A stretch of 25,671 nt of DNA from positions 1-25,671 of IMG/VR virus record IMGVR_UViG_3300037467_001294; one strand, 5' to 3'. The stretch is from a virus. Its lineage: Duplodnaviria; Caudoviricetes. How positions within the stretch are numbered: the first letter of the stretch is position 1; every line of letters begins with the position of its first letter. Below are positions 1 through 7,044 of the stretch, piece by piece. The notes beneath the pieces were generated by a model that saw nothing but the letters and a program-made list of their open reading frames with translations, had not been told where the DNA came from and did not search any database. A program made the translations under genes and the position numbers.

Positions 1-65
1 CCGGCGGCGCTCGCATTGAATGGATGCTGGCAAGGTATCTGCGCATGAAGATCATCTATCTTTAA
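1..65 (+). CDS. 3' end of a DUF4406-like (nucleoside deoxyribosyltransferase-fold) phage protein, truncated by the window edge
   Basis: Frame 3 reads GGARIEWMLARYLRMKIIYL-TAA(63-65), resembling the S-x-GA-R-x-E-xxx-A-xx-L-xxx-I-x-Y C-terminus of DUF4406 proteins. A terminator follows. Confidence 0.6.
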   Translation, partial: GGARIEWMLARYLRMKIIYL

Positions 66-114
66 GACGCCCTCCCGCAGTAGGCCGGGTTACGCCTGCA
101 CCTCCCCAAACTAC

Positions 115-152
115 AGCCCGCCCTCCATGCTCGGAGAGCGGGCTTTTTTGTT
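115..152 (+). terminator. Rho-independent terminator between convergent genes
   Basis: AGCCCGCCCTCC-atgctc-GGAGAGCGGGCT stem (one mismatch) running into TTTTTTG. Confidence 0.85.
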
Positions 153-155
153 GTT

Positions 156-518
156 TCAGGCGTCGTTTGTATCGGCCAGCAAGTGGATCACGCGAACACC
201 AGCATCAACCGCCTGCTTGACCATGTTGGCTGTACCTCGCCCTCCGGGGAAGGCGATCACGGCGTCCGGTCCCCATTCAAGCATACGAGCATTACGGATC
301 GGCCCGGCAGCCTTGCCGTGCTTATCCCAATCGGCCCGGCATACGAACCGCTGAATGTCGGGATGTTTGGCGGCCCATTCCCTCGCGAAGGTATCGACGC
401 CTGTTGCGCCGCCCTGCATGAGTTGAGTAATCGGTGCTGCCTCATGCAGCCGATCCAGTTCCAGCCAGACCTGTGCAGGGCTTTGAAAATCCCGACCTCC
501 GCAAACGATCACTTTCAT
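156..518 (-). CDS. SLOG superfamily YspA/DUF2493-like protein (120 aa)
   Basis: MKVIVCGGRDF...GGATGVD...A..WA...ADWDKHGKAAGPIRNARML...VIAFPGGRGTANMV is the typical YspA-like SLOG motif set. Start reassigned to ATG 518 (GGTGA upstream). Confidence 0.85.
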   Translation of the reverse strand: MKVIVCGGRDFQSPAQVWLELDRLHEAAPITQLMQGGATGVDTFAREWAAKHPDIQRFVCRADWDKHGKAAGPIRNARMLEWGPDAVIAFPGGRGTANMVKQAVDAGVRVIHLLADTNDA

Positions 519-588
519 CGCTTCACCGGCCTGTCCCTCGACCCATGCTCCTCGACGTAGCCTAGACGCGGCTCGTTGAGGATTTGAG

Positions 589-732
589 TTAGGCCCATGG
601 CATTCCTGCATTCTGCCAGAATCGTTCTGCCCATGCGCGATCCTCTTCAGACCAATCCTTGGTTAGTTCTCTCCATCGCTTTTGCCCTTCTTCAAATTCT
701 CGCTTGCGGTCTTCGAAAAAGTTTTCGCTCAT
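589..732 (-). CDS. 47-aa Trp/Glu-rich small protein, candidate SOS-induced antirepressor (below the ORF-track cutoff)
   Basis: MSENFFEDRKREFEEGQKRWRELTKDWSEEDRAWAERFWQNAGMPWA-TAA. GAGG lies 7 nt upstream of the ATG, the start overlaps the uORF stop (ATGA), and it sits downstream of a LexA-boxed promoter. Confidence 0.65.
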   Translation of the reverse strand: MSENFFEDRKREFEEGQKRWRELTKDWSEEDRAWAERFWQNAGMPWA

Positions 733-776
733 GTATCTGCCTCATCGATGATCTTGGAGAGAGGGCCGGGGGTCAT
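729..776 (-). CDS. 15-aa leaderless upstream ORF (MTPGPLSKIIDEADT)
   Basis: Only 6 nt separate the TACGAT -10 element from this ATG, so it lies at the predicted +1. Its TGA overlaps the ATG of the 47-aa ORF. Confidence 0.4.
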   Translation of the reverse strand: MTPGPLSKIIDEADT

Positions 777-782
777 GGCCGG

Positions 783-815
783 ATCGTATATAGAGCACTC
801 GAACAGAGCAAGAAC
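783..815 (-). promoter_or_regulatory. Sigma70-type promoter overlapped by an alphaproteobacterial LexA (SOS) box
   Basis: GAAC-agagcaa-GAAC at 801-815 (GTTC-ttgctct-GTTC on minus). -35 TTGCTC (811-806), 17 bp spacer, -10 TACGAT (788-783). Confidence 0.75.
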
Positions 816-840
816 ATCGGACTGGCTAGATCAGGCGTTC

Positions 841-1020
841 GCATGGCTCAGTTTCGGCACAGATATAAGCAGATGTTGCCAATCCGTTCACGGTCTAACT
901 GCATCTATCGATCATTAGAAATCAATAACTTAGATAGGGGCGCTGTCTGACCCGGCCAATCCACCACCTACCACATGTATAGCATCCATCGCGTCTTGGC
1001 TCTTTTTCGGTTCAGTTTCG
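841..1020. other. Putative attP region with arm-type repeats
   Basis: Immediately downstream of int. TCAGTTTCG at 848-856 and 1012-1020; TTTCGGCACAG (852-862) and TTTCGGTTCAG (1005-1015) flank an AT-rich tract (GAAATCAATAACTTAG, 918-933) and a host-gene fragment. Confidence 0.7.
930..989 (-). other. trmFO: Phage-borne replacement 5' end of host trmFO (gid): MDAIHVVGGGLAGS then diverging to DSAPI-stop
   Basis: Translation matches the TrmFO N-terminal FAD-binding motif (IH[IV][IV]GGGLAGSEAAWQ). Similarity stops after GLAGS, at the presumed crossover. Confidence 0.75.
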
Positions 1021-2013
1021 TCATATATCGGCGGCGTCGGCTTGCCAATCAGGGCTGTGGTGACCGTATGTCGCCTCCAGCACCCTGACCGTCATTCCCA
1101 GATAGCCTGCGGCCTGCCAAGGCTGCACTCCGCGCTGCACCATCCACGTCGCGCGAGTGTGGCGCAAGACGTGAGGATGGACCTTTGTCAGCTTGGCGGC
1201 TTTGCATGCTTCCTTCCACGACCTCCAGGGATCACGCTTGATCTGCTGTCCATTGTAGTGGACCACATACTTGACCTTCCCGCCGTCAGCCTCTTTCCAT
1301 CGCTTCAGGAAGTGCTTCAGCTTCCTTGGGAGCCTTATAGGCGGCGTTCTCTTGTTTGCCGTCTCGGATACGCCGGGGGCACGGCGGCGCATCGTACCGG
1401 CCTCTAAATCGATCCATGACCATTCCAGATTTCGCAGCACTCCGGCGCGCGATCCTGTGTGGAGGCCGAGCAGGACAAATCGCTTAAGGTGTTCCGCTCG
1501 CTTCGCGGCCTTGACCAGTCTGGCCGCCTCTGGAACCGTTAGCCATCGATCGCGCGGCTCATTACGTGGCGGCTTCCAGACGCTCGGGACTACGGCCAGC
1601 GGCGTATGCTCCTTGTGCCAGTGCCGGATCGCGGATTGTAACTTTTCTAGATCGGCTCGCGCTGCTGACTGTGTGCGGCTCTTGGCGTAAGCCCGGCAAT
1701 TTGCAGCGGTCACCTCTGCGAGCGTCTTATCGCCCCAAAAGTCTGAAAGATTCGACACGTTGTATTTTGCCGAGCGGGATTTCATGCTCGGAACCCGGTC
1801 CTTCAGGTAGAACAGAAGAATGTCGGCAACCGGCGGGGAATCCGATCTTGGCGGCGTGTATTTGGCCGCGATGTATTTTGCTAGGAGCTTTTCAGCCCAC
1901 TCAAGCTGTGCCTCAGCGCATCCCGTGCGGATGAAACTCGATCCATCGCGAATGGCCCACTGTCGCCGTCTTTTATCGAGATAGAGGCGCGGTCCTGACG
2001 CTCGACGCGGCAT
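1021..2013 (-). CDS. int: Tyrosine recombinase / phage integrase (330 aa)
   Basis: LHTGSR (catalytic R), HPHVLRHTRATW (HxLR), YLG and TYGH (catalytic Y); N-terminal arm-binding-like region. Confidence 0.95.
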   Translation of the reverse strand: MPRRASGPRLYLDKRRRQWAIRDGSSFIRTGCAEAQLEWAEKLLAKYIAAKYTPPRSDSPPVADILLFYLKDRVPSMKSRSAKYNVSNLSDFWGDKTLAEVTAANCRAYAKSRTQSAARADLEKLQSAIRHWHKEHTPLAVVPSVWKPPRNEPRDRWLTVPEAARLVKAAKRAEHLKRFVLLGLHTGSRAGVLRNLEWSWIDLEAGTMRRRAPGVSETANKRTPPIRLPRKLKHFLKRWKEADGGKVKYVVHYNGQQIKRDPWRSWKEACKAAKLTKVHPHVLRHTRATWMVQRGVQPWQAAGYLGMTVRVLEATYGHHSPDWQADAADI

Positions 2014-2192
2014 CGTTCAACCCATTCCCTGACTGCATTTGGTGTCGTGTAGTATTGGCGCCCAAGCTTGTACATCGCGAGTTTCCCGCGCAGGCCGTCC
2101 GCCTTCAAGACGCCCTTGGACAGCCCAAAGTGGCTCGCGGCATCCGCAAGCGTTACAGGATCGTCATCGCGAGTAGGAGCAGCCCGCGTCAT
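1881..2192 (-). CDS. Excisionase-like HTH protein (103 aa)
   Basis: VTLADAASHFGLSKGVLK...GKLAMYKLGRQYYTTPNAVREW resembles a Xis/HTH_17 fold. Directly upstream of and overlapping int. ATG 2192 is coupled to the upstream TGA. Confidence 0.75.
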   Translation of the reverse strand: MTRAAPTRDDDPVTLADAASHFGLSKGVLKADGLRGKLAMYKLGRQYYTTPNAVREWVERCRVERQDRASISIKDGDSGPFAMDRVSSARDALRHSLSGLKSS

Positions 2193-2425
2193 CCAGCGTC
2201 CTCCGAATTGGGAGGGGAGGGGCGCAGTCGGCGAGACTTGGCCTTCTTGTGGTCGTCCAATGCTTGTTTGATAACGCGCCATGGCACCATATCAAGTTCG
2301 ATGCCTTTGCCATCGCGGCGCATGACAACGCACAGGCCTTTTCGATCAGCATAGGCCCATAACTGATCGCTAATATCGAACGGATCGCACGGGTATCCGC
2401 TATTATTGAATGTGCGTCTGCTCAT
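2189..2425 (-). CDS. Hypothetical phage protein (78 aa)
   Basis: ATGA coupling at both ends within the leftward operon. Confidence 0.65.
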   Translation of the reverse strand: MSRRTFNNSGYPCDPFDISDQLWAYADRKGLCVVMRRDGKGIELDMVPWRVIKQALDDHKKAKSRRLRPSPPNSEDAG

Positions 2426-2748
2426 CCCACATCCCTCTCTGTGAGTTCGGCTGATCGTGCTCGCTGCCATTCGCGCTGGTAGACTTCCTGACAGTTGCGC
2501 ATGTCAGATTCGAGTCTGTCAGCCACTTCGCGAAGCGGCTTGGTGATTGCGTTTCTTCGTTCAATTTTTCGGGTGTGATGTTTTGGATATCGCCCGCAGT
2601 ACAAGCTATCGAAACTTGCGATCATTCGCCGGATGGCGACGATGCTATGCACATAACCGTCAACAGCGCCAAGCAAGCGACTTAGGCCGTCCGGTGTCCA
2701 GAGAGGCGCCTCCGCCGCCTTCTCCAGGCGCTGTGGGGAGAGGGTCAT
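2422..2748 (-). CDS. Hypothetical phage protein (108 aa)
   Basis: ATGA overlaps with both neighbours. Confidence 0.65.
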   Translation of the reverse strand: MTLSPQRLEKAAEAPLWTPDGLSRLLGAVDGYVHSIVAIRRMIASFDSLYCGRYPKHHTRKIERRNAITKPLREVADRLESDMRNCQEVYQREWQRARSAELTERDVG

Positions 2749-2939
2749 GGCTTGCGCATCCTATCTTCAAGCTCTGGTAGAATGGCCGCCAGAGAATTTC
2801 TGATCTTAAACAGTTTGTTCGACAGGGTGTCGTCGCCGATCTTGTGAGCAATCTTATCTGCACCATTGATTGCATCGCAGGCCACGGCGAGATGACCGCC
2901 AATAGCGCCGACAGCAAAGGTGCGTTGAGAATCTGCCAT
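2745..2939 (-). CDS. Hypothetical phage protein (64 aa, MADSQRTF...)
   Basis: AAGGAG RBS and TGATG coupling at 2939. Confidence 0.65.
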   Translation of the reverse strand: MADSQRTFAVGAIGGHLAVACDAINGADKIAHKIGDDTLSNKLFKIRNSLAAILPELEDRMRKP

Positions 2940-3187
2940 CACTTCTCCTTGGACTGTTCGAGCGCGGTGCGTTTTGCCTCGAATGCAACTGACTGACGAC
3001 CGGAATCGGTAATGCGAAGCGCTGTCGCTGTAGCGGAATGCGGCAACCTTCCGCGCACCCATTCAGCAAATCCGGATCGAACAAGTCTTCCGACCGCGTA
3101 CCCATTTCCGTCGCCTTTGAAATGGTTCGGGTGTACCTCACCGAGGCGAGCGAGTTCGCAAATGATCTGCCTGTCTGTCAGCCTCAC
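2939..3187 (-). CDS. Hypothetical phage protein, possible winged-helix (82 aa)
   Basis: GTG start overlapping the upstream TGA, GGAGG RBS. VGRLVRSGFAEW...LRITDSGRQ resembles a wHTH wing. Confidence 0.6.
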   Translation of the reverse strand: MRLTDRQIICELARLGEVHPNHFKGDGNGYAVGRLVRSGFAEWVRGRLPHSATATALRITDSGRQSVAFEAKRTALEQSKEK

Positions 3188-3606
3188 TTCGCGCCTCCCC
3201 GGATAGCGGCGGCGATCTCTGACGCTGCCTTGGCACAGATTTGCGCGCACTGCTTCGCTTCGCCGTTCGGTAAGCTCCTAGACAGCTCACGCATATGAAT
3301 TTGTCCGGCATCGGCCTTTGCCGCGCACTGCTCCCTCTCTTCGGCAAGCTGGCGCTCTAGATCGGAGATGCGGGATTCGGCGGCTTCAGCGCGAGCAAGA
3401 AATTCTCGACGTAAGGCAGCTTCAACGCTCGCGGCCTGACGCCACTCCGCAATCTCCGCGTCCTTCGCTTCGATGGCGGAGGCGTTGGCGTTAAGATGTT
3501 CGATTGCAAGGCCAATGTCCCAAGCGTCAGCTTTCGTCTCGTTTGACGTCATTAGCCGAACTTCTATCTTCCGCAGTTCGCTCACCAGATCGTCGCGCGT
3601 CGTCAT
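3184..3606 (-). CDS. Hypothetical coiled-coil phage protein (140 aa)
   Basis: AAGGAG RBS, ATGA coupling, Ala/Glu/Arg heptad-like sequence. Confidence 0.75.
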   Translation of the reverse strand: MTTRDDLVSELRKIEVRLMTSNETKADAWDIGLAIEHLNANASAIEAKDAEIAEWRQAASVEAALRREFLARAEAAESRISDLERQLAEEREQCAAKADAGQIHMRELSRSLPNGEAKQCAQICAKAASEIAAAIRGGAK

Positions 3607-3899
3607 GGGCGGGGCTCCTTTAACCTTTGGTCATAACGAGGAGGAGTCCGAAGCTCGTCGGAATAACCAAAATGATAGTAGGGAGCCTTGAAGCTGGTAT
3701 GGCTGTGGCGCTCTTCTATGCGACCATCTGAGAACCGGATTCGAAAATGCTCAACGCCATCCCAACGAACACCTAGACTGCAATATGCAAGCGGTATGGC
3801 TTTCGTTGAATCGCCAGGGCAGTCTCCGGGCGCAACATCATCATGTGGCGTGTCGCAATGAATGCATGGATCGCCGAAGTGGGTCTTGAGCGCCATCAC
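3603..3899 (-). CDS. Hypothetical protein with CxxC-H-C cluster (98 aa)
   Basis: PCIHCDTPHDDVAPGDCPG; coupled to both neighbours. Confidence 0.7.
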   Translation of the reverse strand: MMALKTHFGDPCIHCDTPHDDVAPGDCPGDSTKAIPLAYCSLGVRWDGVEHFRIRFSDGRIEERHSHTSFKAPYYHFGYSDELRTPPRYDQRLKEPRP

Positions 3900-5368
3900 G
3901 TCATCCCTTCGATCAGGGCGAGGATGGCGTCGGTTTGCTCTTTTGCCGTTTCGAACACGTATCCGGCGATCTTATCTTCTCGTAAACGCCGCAGAATTAT
4001 TCCTTCTAGGATGTAGGAAAGTTCGTCAAGCACCGCCTCCCGGTCCAGTGAGACGGGGCGGGTGCGGTAAAGTGGCTGTTCTGTCCAACCTTGCTCGCGG
4101 TCGCAGGCTTCTAGTTGCGTGAATTGAAGGTCTCGACCAAATTTCCGATGACGGTGTAGATACGCAACCGCATCCGGTTCTTGTGCGTCCACATAAGTGT
4201 TCCGCGCGTCGCCTGGCCTACCGAAACAGGGGCTGCTTCCGCCGAATGTTGTTACGGACGGTTCTTGTGCGGGGTCTGACGGAGCCCGAGCCGCTGTCAC
4301 CAACAGCTCACTCTCTCCCGAAGGTAGAGAGGACAAACAAGCCCCGTCAGATTTCGTCCCGCCGCCGGGGGCTGCGGATTGGATTGTCGGCAAATCCTCA
4401 TCGAGCAAGTTGCAGCATTTGTCGAACAAGGTTTCTGCCGGGATCGCCGTGAACCACGCGACGTCATCGCAGACGCGGCCATCTACGCAAGCTTGCGCGA
4501 TGTCCCGAATGCCTTGCTTCAACCGTGCAAGCTCCGCCACGTCTGCGCTCGGTGGCGTGGGGGTGGCGGCAGGTTGCACGTTCGGCTTGCCCGCTTCCAT
4601 CCACGCTAAGATGTCATTTTTCATTTCCTGACATACTTGCGGATCATCAAGGGCGGCAGCCAGCCATCGACCGACGTTCTCAGTGGCCTTGCCATCCCTC
4701 GCATTCTCTGCCGGTGCGGTGAGCGCGGCGGGCACAAAGCCTGCGATGGCTTCAATGGCGTTCTGCCAAGTTTCACCGTTAAATTCGGATACATCGTCGA
4801 TGGACGACTGCTCCATGCCGCGACCGGTCAAATAAGCACGAGCCAGCGCCTCCCGCACAGCATCGCTATCTGCCTGGGCCTGTAGGGGTGGGGCGGCGTC
4901 CTTCGTGCGATCATGTTCAATCGCGCTGTCCTCGCTCATTGATCGCCAATCAGGCCAAACACGAGCCATGTTCTTCTGCTGCTTCGCCAGCAAGGCCGGG
5001 AGCAGGTTGGAAGCCTCGCCGCCATGTCGCCAGAAGCCATCCATCGCGAGAATGATGACATCAACCCACTCGGACAGATCATGCGGACTGTCCTCGATCT
5101 CCCGAAGCTCTTTGCGGATATGATCGATGACGCCTTTGGTGCGTAGCGCAGGACCGAAGGTCTGACGCGACCATTCAATCTGACGTTTGAAATACGAAAC
5201 CAGATCACCCCCACCCTCTGCCGGTGCAGCCGCGTCGAGGCGGAGAGCGGTAACGACACGAACGATGAGGTCACGCTCTCTGCCGTGGAAAACAGGCAAC
5301 TTGGCATCCAACTCATCAGCCAGCGCCAGCATCTCGTTCGTCGGGGCGGTTGTCATTGGGCTGTTCAT
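3896..5368 (-). CDS. Mosaic early protein with a DUF550 (MazG-like dATP/dGTP pyrophosphohydrolase) domain (490 aa)
   Basis: RQIEWSRQTFGP...GVIDHIRKELREIE..P.DLSEWVDVIILAMDGFWR...KQQKNMARVWPDWR at about aa 57-155. The rest is short modules joined by Ala/Pro linkers. Confidence 0.85.
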   Translation of the reverse strand: MNSPMTTAPTNEMLALADELDAKLPVFHGRERDLIVRVVTALRLDAAAPAEGGGDLVSYFKRQIEWSRQTFGPALRTKGVIDHIRKELREIEDSPHDLSEWVDVIILAMDGFWRHGGEASNLLPALLAKQQKNMARVWPDWRSMSEDSAIEHDRTKDAAPPLQAQADSDAVREALARAYLTGRGMEQSSIDDVSEFNGETWQNAIEAIAGFVPAALTAPAENARDGKATENVGRWLAAALDDPQVCQEMKNDILAWMEAGKPNVQPAATPTPPSADVAELARLKQGIRDIAQACVDGRVCDDVAWFTAIPAETLFDKCCNLLDEDLPTIQSAAPGGGTKSDGACLSSLPSGESELLVTAARAPSDPAQEPSVTTFGGSSPCFGRPGDARNTYVDAQEPDAVAYLHRHRKFGRDLQFTQLEACDREQGWTEQPLYRTRPVSLDREAVLDELSYILEGIILRRLREDKIAGYVFETAKEQTDAILALIEGMT

Positions 5369-6099
5369 GCCGCTTCCTTCTCTGCAAGAAATGACGGTGA
5401 AAATTGCAGATGCCCGTTGCGACTGCGCTTGAATATCTTGGCTTCAAGGCCGTGGACTGCCGCCCAGATCGACAGGTGGTCACGCCGGTCGAAGCCGACG
5501 AACTTGCCTTGCTGGCAATGCGTGACTTTGACGCGCGGTGAATGAAGAAAGTCTGCGCTTTTGTCGCTCGGTTCGGTTGAACCTATTTCACCTAAAACGG
5601 CGCGGGCATTCTCGGTGCTGAGATTGCCATAATCCATGTGGAAGCAAAGGCCGAGAACAATGGCCTTGTTGTCAGTGAAATTCCGAGTAGCAATCAGGTC
5701 GCGCCAATGTTTGTCAGTCAGCAGATCAACGGCGTGGAAATAGCGCCAGTTCGATCCGCGATCCCGGCCAAATTCGTCAAGCGGTTCCCAGACGGGGCGG
5801 ACTCCAGCCTTTGCCTCGATCTCATCAACGAACGGGAAGCAAGCAAGATCGGGATGGACTAGCAGCAACCGGCTTTCATCTTCCGTCCGATCCCGGCTTA
5901 CAAACTCAACCGGGAACTGAAATAAGCGCGAAGGCAAATCATCGCGGGCCACAGATAACGATGCGTTCAGGTTCAGCAGATACTCGTTCGCGACAAGGCC
6001 TGACGAAACCAGCCTTTCGACAAGCGCGTCCGGTTCGCGCTCGACTTCAACAGCGGGTGGCGCTGCGAACATATCGAGTTGTGCGGCGGTGGTTTGCAT
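5365..6099 (-). CDS. Hypothetical phage protein (244 aa, MQTTAAQLDMF...)
   Basis: GGAG RBS and TAATG coupling at 6099; long open frame. Confidence 0.75.
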   Translation of the reverse strand: MQTTAAQLDMFAAPPAVEVEREPDALVERLVSSGLVANEYLLNLNASLSVARDDLPSRLFQFPVEFVSRDRTEDESRLLLVHPDLACFPFVDEIEAKAGVRPVWEPLDEFGRDRGSNWRYFHAVDLLTDKHWRDLIATRNFTDNKAIVLGLCFHMDYGNLSTENARAVLGEIGSTEPSDKSADFLHSPRVKVTHCQQGKFVGFDRRDHLSIWAAVHGLEAKIFKRSRNGHLQFSPSFLAEKEAA

Positions 6100-6461
6100 T
6101 ATTCTCCACCCCCGGCCTGAGCCTCGCGGAAACGGGTGAGGGCGGAACGAGCCTTGCGTATTTTTAGATTGATGCACCCTGAACTCTCGCACCGATGACA
6201 AAGCTTCTCGGCGTGGCAATCCTCGTAATCGAACTCACTAAGATTTTCCTCTGCGTAGTAGAGCCAATCCTCCAACGCCTTCACCAACTCCGCTACTGCT
6301 GGGTAGGTGTTGACGGCGGTGACGATGAGGTTGGCGTAATCGGCGGCTCCTTCGACCTTGGTGGGAATGCTCGTCACGTCCGCGCGGCGTTCGTTACGAA
6401 TGATGAACCGATTGCCGCCGGTTTGAAAAACAGAAGTCCATTTTCCCTTTCCCTCAGCCAT
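6099..6461 (-). CDS. Hypothetical phage protein with a C-terminal Cys cluster (120 aa)
   Basis: GAGG RBS before ATG 6461. ADYANLIVTAVN..P...ELVKALE resembles a segment common in phage early proteins. CH..LCHRC...C. Confidence 0.7.
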   Translation of the reverse strand: MAEGKGKWTSVFQTGGNRFIIRNERRADVTSIPTKVEGAADYANLIVTAVNTYPAVAELVKALEDWLYYAEENLSEFDYEDCHAEKLCHRCESSGCINLKIRKARSALTRFREAQAGGGE

Positions 6462-7044
6462 GGGTGGCCTCGCGGGATTGGAGGAGGGTGGGTTTTGACG
6501 GACCAAGAATGAAGCAGACTATGTGTCTGCCAGTGCCCTTACCTCGGGATCCGTCCTCGGTTGCAAGCCAGCGCACGTCGCCTAGATTCCTGACCTCACC
6601 ATGTTCGCCAAGGATTTCCTTGAGCATCATGGGAAGCCACTTATCGACCGGATAGACGAGTAGAACTCGTTTGCCCTTGCGAGACTCGGCTATTGCTTTA
6701 CGCATCCAAGCAGTCGGACCGAGCTTTTTCCCCACCTCCCCACAATGAATGCAGGTGCGAGATTTCTTCGTCTCTGTTTCGTGCTTGCAGTTTTTGCTTT
6801 TGAAGCGAAGCACAGATCCGAACGGGATATTGACATAGCTGCACGGCCCCCAATCGGCCGTAAGGCCGTCATAGCCGTCTGGTCGGGGATACGGGCAGGG
6901 ATCGTAAAATGGTCCGAACTCCTCCCTGAGAGCAGCAAACGCCGGATCATCCCACGGCGTCAGCCAATAGTGTTTTCCGTCGGATCCGTTGCCGACGTGG
7001 AATTTATTTTCTGCCGGCGCGAGTTGCGACTGATGAAGGCTCAT
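6454..7044 (-). CDS. Phage Dam-like DNA N6-adenine methyltransferase family protein with atypical motif IV (196 aa)
   Basis: YWLTP...FYDPCPYP...DGL..DW...YVNIPFG...AWMRKAIAE...G..V.LV.P layout of phage N6-MTases; NPP(Y/F) replaced by NIPF. Confidence 0.7.
   Translation of the reverse strand: MSLHQSQLAPAENKFHVGNGSDGKHYWLTPWDDPAFAALREEFGPFYDPCPYPRPDGYDGLTADWGPCSYVNIPFGSVLRFKSKNCKHETETKKSRTCIHCGEVGKKLGPTAWMRKAIAESRKGKRVLLVYPVDKWLPMMLKEILGEHGEVRNLGDVRWLATEDGSRGKGTGRHIVCFILGPSKPTLLQSREATHG

Noticed and set aside
597-950. Plus-strand ORFs 597..950 and 682..918
   Set aside because: No RBS or motifs; they run across the attP arm, SOS box and the better-supported minus-strand small ORFs.
937-966. 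...CCCGGCCAATCCACCA resembling a tRNA/tmRNA 3' end as the att core
   Set aside because: No TTCRA T-loop or acceptor stem. The sequence is fully explained as the reverse complement of GGGLAGS codons of the TrmFO-like fragment.
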